Shown here in pieces: positions 44,564 through 54,935 of a stretch of DNA of 64,000 bases. The translations under genes were made by a program, and so were the position numbers. Numbering within the stretch: the stretch's first letter is position 1; each line of letters opens with the position of its first letter. The notes below the pieces were generated by a model. The model had not been told where the DNA came from and did not search any database. It saw only the letters and a program-made list of their open reading frames with translations. The stretch covers positions 8,003 to 72,002 of IMG/VR virus record IMGVR_UViG_3300020112_000204; one strand, given 5' to 3'. Source of the DNA: a virus. Taxonomy: Duplodnaviria > Caudoviricetes.

Positions 44564-44997
44564 ACAACCACCTCAATCAGAGTAACAGAGACTGTAGCTT
44601 CTATTGCCTTGAGTGACTCATCAAACTCTGTGTACTTAACAGTAATTGCTGACATAACACAATCGGCTGAATAATCGCCTAAGGCAAGTCTAAGCAGATG
44701 GGGAGGCTCAAAAGTAGTTCTAGTAGACTTAGCTGGAACAAAGCTCTTGAGCCATTTTACCCAAGACTTTACCTCATCGGGAGTACCCCTAAGGTAAATT
44801 TCTAGTGGGATAGAATTTGCACTACCACTTCCAAACTCAAGCATAGGGTACGCACTTCCTACCCCGCTTATCGTGGAGTAATTTACAGTAACTGACTCTG
44901 AGAAAGCAGTTGGATTAAACATAAAATACTTAATCTCATCTGTGACAAGGTCTCTAATGTAACCTTTGACCCTAGCCCCTTTTGACCTTACTCCCAT
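44560..44997 (-). CDS. Tube initiator (gpU/CIS tube-like)
   Basis: FMFNPTAFSES.TVNY, PP..LRL..G, ATVSVTL.E. Confidence 0.75.
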   Translation of the reverse strand: MGVRSKGARVKGYIRDLVTDEIKYFMFNPTAFSESVTVNYSTISGVGSAYPMLEFGSGSANSIPLEIYLRGTPDEVKSWVKWLKSFVPAKSTRTTFEPPHLLRLALGDYSADCVMSAITVKYTEFDESLKAIEATVSVTLIEVVV

Positions 44998-45008
44998 GCC
45001 TAATCCTC

Positions 45009-48000
45009 CTATGCGTAACTTCTAATACTTTCAATCTCCTGCTTTCTGCGGATAATATCCACAAGCTTATCCACGAGTCCCTCAAGGTCTTCAACACTTG
45101 CGTTATCAACTTTAGCAATGATGCTACCAGCCTCAAACACAACAGAATTAGCACTTCCACCATTTGATGTAGACATTCTAGCCAAAGTATCTACAAGGCG
45201 GTCAATCTTTGCTACCAGAGAGCTTACCGCAGAGTTAGCACCATCTGCGTATGCTTTCTGAACAGTCTCATCATGCGGATATACCCTACTACCAGCAGGG
45301 AGGTCTACGATTTCGCCGCCCTTTTCAGAAATCTGAGCGACACCGCCCTGCCAATTATCAGTACCTGTTGCAAGAGCAGGAAGGGACAGTGGCGTAATTT
45401 TGCTAATACTGACCCCCGGAATCTTATTGACAATACTAATAGCAGAGTTGATAGCACTAATAAACCCATTGATAATCTTGCAAGCAATATTCAGAACACC
45501 ATTTACAGCACTCTTAACAGTATTTGTGATTGCGTTCCCTATTGCAGTACCTACATTTGAGAAGATTCTCTTAATTGCATCCCAGATACCTGAGAAAAAG
45601 CTTGTAATCTTTCCAAATACACTCGTAATTCCATCATAGGCTTTCTTAAATACATCGCTAAAGAAGTTCTTTACTGGAGCGAATACATTCTTGACTCCCC
45701 GCCATACATTGGAGAACCAACCTGTTACAGAACTCCATACAGATTTAATTCCATTCCAGCAATCACTAAAAAATCCTGTGACGGCAGTTACTATGCTATG
45801 CACAATAGAAACGAGGCTATCCCATAATCCCTTGAAGAAGTCTATTATCGGGGAGATTACATTGTCATAAATCCATCTCACCGCTGCTGAGACGAGGGCA
45901 TAGATTATCTCAAAAACCTTAACATGAATCTCTACAATCTTCATTATTATAGGCAGAATATAGGTCTTTACAAAATTGACCACTGGCTCTATGACCTTAG
46001 AGTACACCCAATTAGCTACGGTACTGAATACACTCTTGATAGATTCCCAAGCTCCTGTGAAAAAGCCTACCACGGGGTCTATGACATTAGTCTTAAACCA
46101 CTCAGCTACTCCTGAAAACCAGCCCTTAATCTTTTCCCAACCATTCTTCATAGCCTCTACTACCTTATCCCAATTCTGGATAAGCTTAACTATACCATAA
46201 ACGAGGGCTACTATTGCGGCTACTATTGCGGCAATCAGTAACACTATAGGAAGAGACTGAAGAGCAATCATAAGACCATTGTAGATGCCTTGAAGTACAT
46301 TAGATATCGTCTGGACTGCGTTCCATGCAATCATTGCTACCCTAACCGCAGTAACAGCAATCCGGTATGCACCTAAAATAGACACTACCCACGCAATAAT
46401 CTTACCAAGGGTTCTCCAAAAATCTAGGTCTACACCGCTACTAAACAAAGAACCCAATCCTTTGAAATCAAAAGAGAACAACTCTCCAAAAGCGATAAGC
46501 ACGGGGTCTAGGACAGAAGCAATAGCTGAGAAAGCTGTAGAAGCCACACCCGCTATTGTTTCAAACCCCTCGGTCAAACCCCCCCATACCTGTTCTCCGG
46601 CTGCCTTAAGGTCTAGGAACTTTTCAATAAGCGGGAGCAAACCTCTTTCCTCAAGCTTAATGAACATCTCATCAGAAAGCGTGTTATCTGCCCAAGCGTC
46701 CGACAAACCTTGGAAGAACAGCATAAAGTCCATTATCTTAAGGGCGAGCCAATCCCACCACTTACCACTCTCTTCGAGTCTCCTAGTCTCAGACAGAAAG
46801 TCACTAACTCCACCCTGTGCCAAACTCCTAGCGGTGGAGAACGAGTTCTTCAAATTCGTTACAAATCCTGTAACTATAGTCTTAATTCCTAAGAAGTCTG
46901 TTTTCCATGCTAAATACACCGCTCCTGCTATCAAGGCTAGTGGCAACATCTTTACAAGCAAACCCTTAAATGCCGTTCCGACACCACTTAGCATTGCTGG
47001 AAGCCCCTTCAAAAATCCTGTAAAAGCTACTAGTCCAGACTTTATTGCCACCAAATTCTTGCTTAGAGCAAAGAAGCCCAGTGCTAATCCAATAACTCCT
47101 GCTACAGCCAGTGATGCAACACCTGCAATCTTCAAAAGTCCACCGCCGAATGCCACTATCGTTGTTGCTATCTTTGCAATCGCAGGGTTTTTGTCAATAA
47201 GCTCAGCCAATGCACTAGATACTTTATACTTTATCTTACTGAAGAAAACATCAAATGCAGGGGTAGCTTCACCTAGCTTAATCTGTAGAGTCTGAACAGC
47301 ACCATTTGCCAGTTCTTCCATACCCTCAGCAGTGTTACGCATAAGCTCTGCACCATCCGAAACTACACCATTACACTCCTTAAATCCATTGATAATATCC
47401 TCAAGGGAGTTCTTTGCTGAGGCATTAGGGTCTTCTACATACTTACCCAGTGACTCATCATAAATCATAAATGCGGACTCGGAGAGTTCTAGAGCAGTAA
47501 GCAAGTTATTAGCTTGGTCTCCGAATACTGTCTGCATAGCAGTCAGCTTATCCTCCTGAGACAGATTTGCAGTACTAGCCATTATGTCTTGGAATATGTC
47601 CACCATACTCCTTAACTGACCTTCGGCATCCCAGAATGTGCTTTCATCAATACCCAAGACCTCTAAAGCTGATGCCTTTGTGCCTTTCATATTTCCGCTT
47701 TTCATCTGGGCTGACAACTGTTTAATCTTTCTACCAAAGCCTTGTACCGTAGCACCTGCCTGTGCAGAGCCTTGACCGATATTTACAAGGAGTGAGCCTA
47801 GGGACATTACTTCTTCAAGGGTTACTCCTAAGGACGCTGGCATAGAGCCAATCGAGTTTATGAACGATGACACATCCTCAGGCTTAAACGCAGAGACTCT
47901 AGAAGCAGTAGCAAGTACATCTGCGATATGCTCGACCTGTTCCTCAGTAGCTGAGAGATTGAACTTGTTAATAGTACTTGCAATTACAGAGGCACTATCT

Positions 48001-48500
48001 GCAACCGACACCGCACCATTACTCATAGTGGAGAAGTCCAATGTAGCACTTAACGAAGCAATGGCTTGCATATTAGTCAGACCCATGGATGTCAGTTCAT
48101 ACAAACCCTGTACAGCCTCTTCGGGTGAGAACTGTGTTTCCAAACCTGACTTCTCAGCTTTAGCTACAAGCAAATCCCACTCTTCGCCCGTTGCCTGTGT
48201 AGCAAACTTTAGTGTGGCAAGCTCAGATTCATAACTCTTAGCAGCTTCTCTAAAACCTGTTACTGTTTCAATAGCCTTACTTCCTGCGGCGGTCAGAGCA
48301 ATCCCTACTCCTGTGAGAGTAGCTGCCATCTGACCTAGACCACTAATGGCTTGGTTTACTTGTTCTGACTCTGATACGAAGTCTCGACCACTTCGTCTAG
48401 CGGAGTCAAAGGCTTCACCTAGTAAAGTTAGACCATTCGTAGCATTGTTATCCAAATAGTCCATTACTATTCCCATTCCATATAGGTTATCCATAGCCAT
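45009..48500 (-). CDS. Tape measure protein
   Basis: 1163 aa, TP901-type core (TQFSPEEA..GL), hydrophobic W/F periodic repeats. Confidence 0.93.
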   Translation of the reverse strand: MAMDNLYGMGIVMDYLDNNATNGLTLLGEAFDSARRSGRDFVSESEQVNQAISGLGQMAATLTGVGIALTAAGSKAIETVTGFREAAKSYESELATLKFATQATGEEWDLLVAKAEKSGLETQFSPEEAVQGLYELTSMGLTNMQAIASLSATLDFSTMSNGAVSVADSASVIASTINKFNLSATEEQVEHIADVLATASRVSAFKPEDVSSFINSIGSMPASLGVTLEEVMSLGSLLVNIGQGSAQAGATVQGFGRKIKQLSAQMKSGNMKGTKASALEVLGIDESTFWDAEGQLRSMVDIFQDIMASTANLSQEDKLTAMQTVFGDQANNLLTALELSESAFMIYDESLGKYVEDPNASAKNSLEDIINGFKECNGVVSDGAELMRNTAEGMEELANGAVQTLQIKLGEATPAFDVFFSKIKYKVSSALAELIDKNPAIAKIATTIVAFGGGLLKIAGVASLAVAGVIGLALGFFALSKNLVAIKSGLVAFTGFLKGLPAMLSGVGTAFKGLLVKMLPLALIAGAVYLAWKTDFLGIKTIVTGFVTNLKNSFSTARSLAQGGVSDFLSETRRLEESGKWWDWLALKIMDFMLFFQGLSDAWADNTLSDEMFIKLEERGLLPLIEKFLDLKAAGEQVWGGLTEGFETIAGVASTAFSAIASVLDPVLIAFGELFSFDFKGLGSLFSSGVDLDFWRTLGKIIAWVVSILGAYRIAVTAVRVAMIAWNAVQTISNVLQGIYNGLMIALQSLPIVLLIAAIVAAIVALVYGIVKLIQNWDKVVEAMKNGWEKIKGWFSGVAEWFKTNVIDPVVGFFTGAWESIKSVFSTVANWVYSKVIEPVVNFVKTYILPIIMKIVEIHVKVFEIIYALVSAAVRWIYDNVISPIIDFFKGLWDSLVSIVHSIVTAVTGFFSDCWNGIKSVWSSVTGWFSNVWRGVKNVFAPVKNFFSDVFKKAYDGITSVFGKITSFFSGIWDAIKRIFSNVGTAIGNAITNTVKSAVNGVLNIACKIINGFISAINSAISIVNKIPGVSISKITPLSLPALATGTDNWQGGVAQISEKGGEIVDLPAGSRVYPHDETVQKAYADGANSAVSSLVAKIDRLVDTLARMSTSNGGSANSVVFEAGSIIAKVDNASVEDLEGLVDKLVDIIRRKQEIESIRSYA

Positions 48501-48514
48501 TTGACTCCACCTCC

Positions 48515-48721
48515 TTACTTATTCTTAATCTTATCGTATTCCCTGTTTTCAGCCTCTTTTTGCTTAATAATCTCGCCAACCCACATACCCCTTTCTTTAC
48601 GAGGGCATTTGTTGACATCCACTCTACCCCAATGGTAGATATAAGCAAGTATATGGCGTTCCTCTCGGCTGCGTTCTAAGTCTACATTAACTGCTATATC
48701 GTGTTCGAGGAAGCCATTTAC
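48515..48721 (-). CDS. Tail chaperone extension (probable -1 frameshift product)
   Basis: 68 open codons in -1 frame, no start/RBS: ...EERHILAYIYHWG...KERGMWV.EI. Confidence 0.6.
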   Translation of the reverse strand, partial: VNGFLEHDIAVNVDLERSREERHILAYIYHWGRVDVNKCPRKERGMWVGEIIKQKEAENREYDKIKNK

Positions 48722-49506
48722 ATAAAATTGAGAACTTGCATAGAGGTCTTCTGGGAATGACCACAGCTAGGGCAGGTAATCTCAATGGATGTGTCTACTC
48801 CGAAAGCGTGCTCGGAGATGACAGAGAGCAGATACTTTCTATCCCTTAGAGACATCTTCTTTACGGTGTCATCGGTGATTACCTCTACATTCTCAAGCTT
48901 AACAAGGGTTCTAACCAAAAGCAAAGAGTTAGCCTTGGATATATCCTTACTTGCTATATCAGACAGCATCTGTCTATCAGTGCCATCGGGGAGTCGAATG
49001 ATGCCTTTCTTAGCCATACCATTCTTAACTCTTAAACCCTTAGGCAGTTCAAACTCAATCTCATCCTCACCACCATAGGGGATAATATTCAATTCAGAGG
49101 TATCAATAACTGTCTCAAGCTTATTACCACAGCTAGGGCAGACATGGGATACCTTAATTTCAGTTCCTACCGCCTCTTCACGGATTCTAAGAATAGCGAT
49201 ATCTTGGTCTCCGATAGACAGACTCTTAACTACCTTTCTCCATTCATCAGCAGAAACTCTTTTCTTGTCAATGTTACCTATCTGCACTAAGCATCGAGTA
49301 AGCATAGTCTCAGCAATTTTATAAGCGTCATTCTTGACATTAGCCTTTCCAAGAGCTTCTTCATCTTCACCATCCATATCCCTGTACACAAACAGAGTAT
49401 GAAGCACACCTGACTCATCTCTATAGCCCTTGGCAAACTCACCTACAAGGTATCCCTCTTCTTCAGAGTACAGAACCTCGTCTCTAACTGTCTCATTCTT
49501 CTTCAT
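48718..49506 (-). CDS. Tail assembly chaperone
   Basis: Between tube and TMP; CPSCG x2, LSLRDR-like motif. Confidence 0.75.
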   Translation of the reverse strand: MKKNETVRDEVLYSEEEGYLVGEFAKGYRDESGVLHTLFVYRDMDGEDEEALGKANVKNDAYKIAETMLTRCLVQIGNIDKKRVSADEWRKVVKSLSIGDQDIAILRIREEAVGTEIKVSHVCPSCGNKLETVIDTSELNIIPYGGEDEIEFELPKGLRVKNGMAKKGIIRLPDGTDRQMLSDIASKDISKANSLLLVRTLVKLENVEVITDDTVKKMSLRDRKYLLSVISEHAFGVDTSIEITCPSCGHSQKTSMQVLNFM

Positions 49507-49539
49507 GGTATCGTTCCTCCTATAATATCTTTATACAAA

Positions 49540-49576
49540 GCTAGGGAGAAAGCTCTGTCAAGTCCCTCTCCCTAGC
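49540..49576 (-). terminator. Stem-loop after tube gene (weak terminator/attenuator)
   Basis: GCTAGGGAGA/TCTCCCTAGC then TTTG. Confidence 0.55.
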
Positions 49577-49585
49577 CGTCCTATA

Positions 49586-50017
49586 TTAGTCTACATAGTA
49601 CTCGAACTGCATCGTCAGCTTTTCGACAGCGACATCATCAGATTCGGCATCAAAGTCAGTACCCTCCCACTTGGATACCCAAGCCTCTGCGAGAGTCCAT
49701 CTCTGAACGCTGTTTCCATCCTTATCAAGGGATACGACAGTAACAGTTTTACGGAACTGGGGATTAGTAAGACTGTCACGGTACAGGTTGTAAATCTCCT
49801 GAGACCTAAATACTCCTCTTTCAAGAGTAACCTCGCCAACAGTCTCATTTCCGGGCATCTTATGAGTGTACTTATATCCGCTCTCCTTGTACTCTACAAC
49901 AGCTCTTTCTCTGGAGAGTCCACTTACTTTCTGAAAGCCTATGCTCTCAGACAGACCGGGGATACTAACCTTAAAGTTGCATTTTGCAACGGGGTCGCTA
50001 ATAGCGGTTCTAGGCAT
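49586..50017 (-). CDS. Tail tube protein (T4 gp19-like)
   Basis: NFKVSI, GFQKVSGL, PG..T.GEVTLERG, W...W..KWEG..FDA, E.L. Confidence 0.92.
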   Translation of the reverse strand: MPRTAISDPVAKCNFKVSIPGLSESIGFQKVSGLSRERAVVEYKESGYKYTHKMPGNETVGEVTLERGVFRSQEIYNLYRDSLTNPQFRKTVTVVSLDKDGNSVQRWTLAEAWVSKWEGTDFDAESDDVAVEKLTMQFEYYVD

Positions 50018-50034
50018 CTGATACTCCTCCTTTC

Positions 50035-51462
50035 TTAGGACGCTCTACGCTGCTTGATGGTAATAACGGTAAACTCACAGGGCTTAGACTTTGCATAGCC
50101 AATCTGCACATTAAAGGTGTCCGAAGTCGGGGTATTGTTAGTCCAGTCGCAGACTACATCAAAAGCCTCTTCGGGTGTATCACCGACAAAACATCCTGCA
50201 TTGAAAAGCTCAGTCATAAATGCTTTTACTACAGAACTTGTTCTCACGAGCAGGTCAGCAGTAATAGCCTCAAAAACAGTGAACAGAGTCAGCTCTTTCA
50301 GAGACTTATCCATATAGATGTCAATGTGGGACTGAGAGATATACTTTCTATTCTGCTGCTTGTTCTCTTTCAGAACTCGGGAACCCCAGATACAGATACC
50401 ATAGCCAGCCTGAGGTACGATGCAGTTTACATTAGCAGAGTTGAGAATACCGCAGTCTCTATCAGAGAATACTTTAGTTACACCAACCCAGCCTTCGCAA
50501 ACGCAAGTGACACCAGCAGGAGTCTTAGCAATACCCCTACCCTGTACAGATGCAGAGAAGTTACCGAGTACCACACCACAAGGAGGTACATTTCTCTTTG
50601 CACCTGTAAGCTGGTCAATACAAACGCCCCAAGGAGCAAAGCAAGCCGCCATATCAGTGGCAATTCCAAGGGCAAAAGTCTTAAGTGCGGAAGTCGTAGT
50701 TGAAGCTAGGGGAGTGTCGATTACTGCAAAGGTCTTACCCGCTCTAGTAACATCAACAAAAGTCTTGAGGGCAGTAGTAATCGTACTAGAAGTCTCGCCG
50801 GGGATTGCCACCCAAGTAATATCCTCTTCCTCGAGAAGTGCCAGTGCCGCAGTATAGTCTGCATCAGCTATACCGGTTGCACCACCTACGCCACCCTCAA
50901 GAGTGAGAGAAGCTACTGCAAGGTTCTCAGCAGTGATAGTAATATAGTCATCTTCTGCTATAGCCTTTACCCACTAATCTACATCAGTAGCAGTATTCGA
51001 CAGACCTACATACGCAGTAAGCACAGAACCATCAAGGGTTACTGAAATGTCGAACTTAGAGCTATCCTCAGTATTAGCAGTAATAGCTACAACTGCATCA
51101 TTAGCCCAATCACCATAGTCCTTTGCAGTAACGGTTATAGTAGAGCCTGTGTTGGACTTTGTAGCCTTAACTGCTGAAGCGGAGTGGATTGCTCTTGCAA
51201 TAAAGCAAGCAGAACCACCACATCTAAAGAAGTCATATACAGCATACGCCAGATGACTATTAGACATATAAGGGCTAGAACTGCCCTTACCGAACTCCTT
51301 AGCAAACTCTGCAAATGAAGTGACATACACTGCCTCTTCAGTAGTACCGCTAATAGCAGTACCTACAAACGCCGCTATACCCCAGCCTTCTCCCGCAGAG
51401 GGTGCGTTCTCCAGAGGAAGTCGCTCAATATAAGGATTCGGTTTCTTCTTATTGATATCCAT
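50035..51462 (-). CDS. Tail sheath protein, 475 codons, interrupted by one in-frame TAG at 50974-50976
   Basis: Track ORFs 50974..51462 and 50035..50811 share a frame; intervening 54 codons are open (WVKAIAEDDY...GIADADY..AL). Confidence 0.88.
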
Positions 51463-51463
51463 T

Positions 51464-51685
51464 CTACTCTGTTACCTCCTTATTCGTTTTAGAGCTCTTT
51501 CGAGCTGATTTCTTTTCCAAACTTACAGACGGGAGTACTGATAACAAGCGAGCGTCAATCCCGTCTTGTATACTCTGTGTTACCTCTTCAGGGGCAAAAT
51601 CCTTGGTCTCACCAATTAGAAACCTGACTGTACCACTAACCCCGTCAAAGCACAGAGGCACACCTGAAACATTCATTAACTTCAT
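51464..51685 (-). CDS. Hypothetical structural-module protein
   Basis: ORF track. Confidence 0.6.
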   Translation of the reverse strand: MKLMNVSGVPLCFDGVSGTVRFLIGETKDFAPEEVTQSIQDGIDARLLSVLPSVSLEKKSARKSSKTNKEVTE

Positions 51686-51696
51686 ACTATTACCTC

Positions 51697-52272
51697 CTAG
51701 TCTATACCGACAGAGACGGAACTTACATACTTCCTGACCTCTGCTCCTCGGTCTATCCTACCTGAAACCTTGTAGCTGAGTGCCCTTCGGAATAGTCTTT
51801 GCTGAGAGTCGGTGCTATCTAGTACAGCCATGCCTATCAAAGAGCAAGACACTGTCTGACTCACATTATCCGTATCTAGAACTGTGAGCTTTCCACCAAC
51901 ATCAGGCATAACCTTAAGCCAAGTAAGCATCATATTGTCCATGTCCTCTTGGAACTCAGACCAAAAGTCTATTTGGTAGTAAAGCCAAAACTTCAAGGGC
52001 TGATTTGTATATTCTACTGTACCATTCTCGGTATCGTAATTCTCATAGGTAGGTTCAACACCCATTTGATTTACTACAGCCCTCTTAACATCATAGTTAC
52101 GAATAGTCACTGCGGGCATCCTATCGAAATTAAATGCAAGCTCAGGCTTACTAACAACAATATTCGTTACTGGGACTAGAGTGTTATTGCTACCACGAAC
52201 CTTTACATTTGCAGTCAAAGCGGTCAGGAACCCACGACATATCTGCTCATTCCATACTGTAGAGTTCTCCAT
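51697..52272 (-). CDS. Tail terminator/completion protein
   Basis: Position before sheath; PAVTI, YQIDFWS. Confidence 0.6.
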   Translation of the reverse strand: MENSTVWNEQICRGFLTALTANVKVRGSNNTLVPVTNIVVSKPELAFNFDRMPAVTIRNYDVKRAVVNQMGVEPTYENYDTENGTVEYTNQPLKFWLYYQIDFWSEFQEDMDNMMLTWLKVMPDVGGKLTVLDTDNVSQTVSCSLIGMAVLDSTDSQQRLFRRALSYKVSGRIDRGAEVRKYVSSVSVGID

Positions 52273-52751
52273 TACAAACCTCCTTTACCAAGCTCTAGGG
52301 ACATATACTTAGCGAACTTTTTCGGAAAGTCCATCTTAAACTCCTCAACGCTTGGTCTAACAATAGGTCTGGGAGGAATCTTGTCCGTGCCATACTCAAG
52401 CTCTGTAAGAAGCTCGTTCATTTTCTTACCACTAGGCTTGTGCCTAGTCCAAGGGTTAGCACCAACAAAGAATGTAGAACCTTTCTTATCACTCTTCAAA
52501 GCACGAACCTTGAATCCATTTTCGTAAAGGTCTCCTGTCTCAATATAAATCAACGAACTACCTTTCATAATAACTGTAGTCCTAGCAAGGGGTTTCCAAG
52601 GCAAGTCTTGCTTTTCAATATGCCCTCGCATAACATCAATGAGTTCTTCCCCGCACTGCCTCATAGCCTTTGTAGCTGAGGGCGTAAGCCTCCTACCTAT
52701 AAAGTCTATCTTAGCACCTGCGGTCTGCCATTCACCTGTCATCCTAGCCAT
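52272..52751 (-). CDS. Neck/tail component (HK97 gp10-like)
   Basis: LEYGT.KIPPRP..RP. Confidence 0.7.
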   Translation of the reverse strand: MARMTGEWQTAGAKIDFIGRRLTPSATKAMRQCGEELIDVMRGHIEKQDLPWKPLARTTVIMKGSSLIYIETGDLYENGFKVRALKSDKKGSTFFVGANPWTRHKPSGKKMNELLTELEYGTDKIPPRPIVRPSVEEFKMDFPKKFAKYMSLELGKGGL

Positions 52752-53238
52752 TGGAAGACACCACCATAAAAGTCATATTGGACAAGTTATCTATCTCCTT
52801 GCCCTCAAACTTATAAAGCAAAAATCTGTTTCCAATCATAGCAACTGGGCAGATATTGCATATTTCATAGTACTTACCCTTGTACCTGATGACTGAGTCC
52901 AATGTAACAGAACAGACTTCTTCTCCAGTAGTGCTACTCGTTATGACACCTTTGTTCTTTAACTGCTTGGTGTCAAAAGTGAAAATACAAGTACATTCAC
53001 GCTTTCTACCTATATCACTTAATTCCTCAGTCTTAGGGCTTAGCTTGATTCGTCCTGTCAAAGAAACTAACTTAGTATAGGTCTTAAACTTCTCTTCCTT
53101 GTAAATACTAGCACTAGAACCTACAGCGGGAGTATAGCTGAAAACATCCATAGCCGAGTTGTCACCAATCTCCTCAAAGGTTTCTAGTATATCATTCTCA
53201 AGGTCATCTAAATCAACTGGTAACATAGACATTTTCAA
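52744..53238 (-). CDS. Head closure-like protein
   Basis: Position in neck cluster. Confidence 0.5.
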   Translation of the reverse strand: MKMSMLPVDLDDLENDILETFEEIGDNSAMDVFSYTPAVGSSASIYKEEKFKTYTKLVSLTGRIKLSPKTEELSDIGRKRECTCIFTFDTKQLKNKGVITSSTTGEEVCSVTLDSVIRYKGKYYEICNICPVAMIGNRFLLYKFEGKEIDNLSNMTFMVVSSNG

Positions 53239-53247
53239 TCACTCCTT

Positions 53248-53718
53248 TCAGGTAACTTTATCGTTTCTTACATTGTATCTCTTTGCGTCACTTACTTCAA
53301 TCTCAGCGAACTCACTAGACTGAATGGTGCTAGTAAGACTGTCCTCCAGACTCTGGGCAATACTCATATAGTTCGTAACCCTATCCGACTTCGAGATAGA
53401 TATACCATCGACTGAAATCTTATAGTTCCTAGCTTCTCTTACAGCCAATCCACGCAGGAGGGAGATTACTGCTCTTGTGATAACAATAAACTCCTTCACC
53501 TGCGGGATTGTAGCTAAAGTAAAATCTGAGCTATAAGAATTGACAGCATAGTTCACCTCTGCAAGTATCTGAGAGTCAGTGTACTTAAGGTCGGTATGCA
53601 AAGCCTGATACTCGGACTTAGCCACAATATCTGATGTGTCTACACTTGGAGGGTACACGACCCTATCTACATCAAATATCCTGTTTCTTACCTGTAGAAT
53701 TGCATCACTTGCTGTCAT
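53248..53718 (-). CDS. Head-tail adaptor-like protein
   Basis: Position in neck cluster, helical. Confidence 0.55.
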   Translation of the reverse strand: MTASDAILQVRNRIFDVDRVVYPPSVDTSDIVAKSEYQALHTDLKYTDSQILAEVNYAVNSYSSDFTLATIPQVKEFIVITRAVISLLRGLAVREARNYKISVDGISISKSDRVTNYMSIAQSLEDSLTSTIQSSEFAEIEVSDAKRYNVRNDKVT

Positions 53719-53730
53719 ATCTACACCTCT

Positions 53731-54012
53731 TTACTTAATCAGGTCTCTTTCACGGAGAACTCGCTCAACATCAGAGGGCACTTTCTGCTTCTGATTCTTA
53801 AAGAACTGATACCGAGTACCACCAATATCACAATGGAGGTCTTTAGTCGGAATTACCTCTACCTTCATAGCTTTAGGCACGATTTCCTCGACCACAACCT
53901 CTTCGAGTTTGGTCTCTTTAACCTTTGGCTGTTCGGTATCAGCCCCTTTGTCGCACTCGTTGGCTACATTCTCAACAACGACTACTTTGTCTACTTTTTC
54001 TTTTTTAGCCAT
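53731..54012 (-). CDS. Hypothetical protein after capsid gene
   Basis: Start at MAKK after GGAGG. Confidence 0.6.
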   Translation of the reverse strand: MAKKEKVDKVVVVENVANECDKGADTEQPKVKETKLEEVVVEEIVPKAMKVEVIPTKDLHCDIGGTRYQFFKNQKQKVPSDVERVLRERDLIK

Positions 54013-54041
54013 TTCTACTGCCTCCACTAAATGAGACTAAA

Positions 54042-54917
54042 TTACCAAGTCTCAAGAATATAAGCGGAATCGTCTTCAATAAGACCAGAACCCATAATGG
54101 AGTACCATGCAAGGTTATGGGTACGACCAAAGTCGATGATACCACCATCACGCATCTCAACGGGGAGAGACTCAGCGAGTCCGTAGACATTATCACCGAA
54201 GATAACTGCACGGTGAACATCAGCAGTATTACCTGCGGTAGTCTTGTTAATAATCGGCTGCTGAGTAGTCTCAATAAACAGGACATTACCGACTCTGCCG
54301 ATTTCGCCAGTAAAGGTTGCACCGTAATCGGTTGCTCTCTGGAACTCGGGGTCATCACTCAGGTCACGAGCCTGTTTGGGAGTAAGCATACATACCCAGT
54401 ACTGACCATTCCAAGGTCTTGCAAGGTTCTCCTTGAGGTGCTGGAGAGCATCCTTAATGATAGCAGAGTTCATCTTCTCGGATACTGTTGCACGGGTAGT
54501 ACCACCATTGTACAGAACATTGGTAACGCCCATAACAGTGTCACGGAGCATCTCATCGAGAACTACTGCGTAGTCAAAGCCGAGGAGCTTTGCACCATTG
54601 CTCAGAGTGTCGTCAAATGCGGACTGGAGCAGTTTCTCGGAAACGCTGATTGCATTACCATACTCAGTTACGGTAATGGTAATCTGAGATGCAGTGAGTG
54701 CCTGAGTGGTCATTGCCTGATTCTCAGTCAGAGCACCACCCTTGGTGATGTTATTGTACTTGGTGAAAACAACACTGAGACCAGGGTCTACACCGAGCTC
54801 GGTCTTCTTGGTTGCGAACTGTGCGTACTTCAGGTTAGGCTGAGCGTGGAACATAACCTCTTTGGAATATACGGTCAGTACTACCTGAGTCAGAGTAGTG
54901 GTATAAGTAGTTGCCAT
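54042..54917 (-). CDS. Major capsid protein (N4-gp56 family)
   Basis: L.EGQ-like LTENQ, ITITVTEYGNAISVSE, GEIGRVGNVLFIET, DFGR. Confidence 0.9.
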   Translation of the reverse strand: MATTYTTTLTQVVLTVYSKEVMFHAQPNLKYAQFATKKTELGVDPGLSVVFTKYNNITKGGALTENQAMTTQALTASQITITVTEYGNAISVSEKLLQSAFDDTLSNGAKLLGFDYAVVLDEMLRDTVMGVTNVLYNGGTTRATVSEKMNSAIIKDALQHLKENLARPWNGQYWVCMLTPKQARDLSDDPEFQRATDYGATFTGEIGRVGNVLFIETTQQPIINKTTAGNTADVHRAVIFGDNVYGLAESLPVEMRDGGIIDFGRTHNLAWYSIMGSGLIEDDSAYILETW

Positions 54918-54935
54918 TAAAATATCCTCCTTAGA

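Noticed and set aside
46462-47295. Long plus-strand ORF (277 aa)
   Set aside because: Antisense shadow of the tape measure gene; no RBS or recognisable motifs
54117-54920. Long plus-strand ORF (267 aa) and all other plus-strand track ORFs
   Set aside because: Antisense to capsid or other real genes; explained by codon bias
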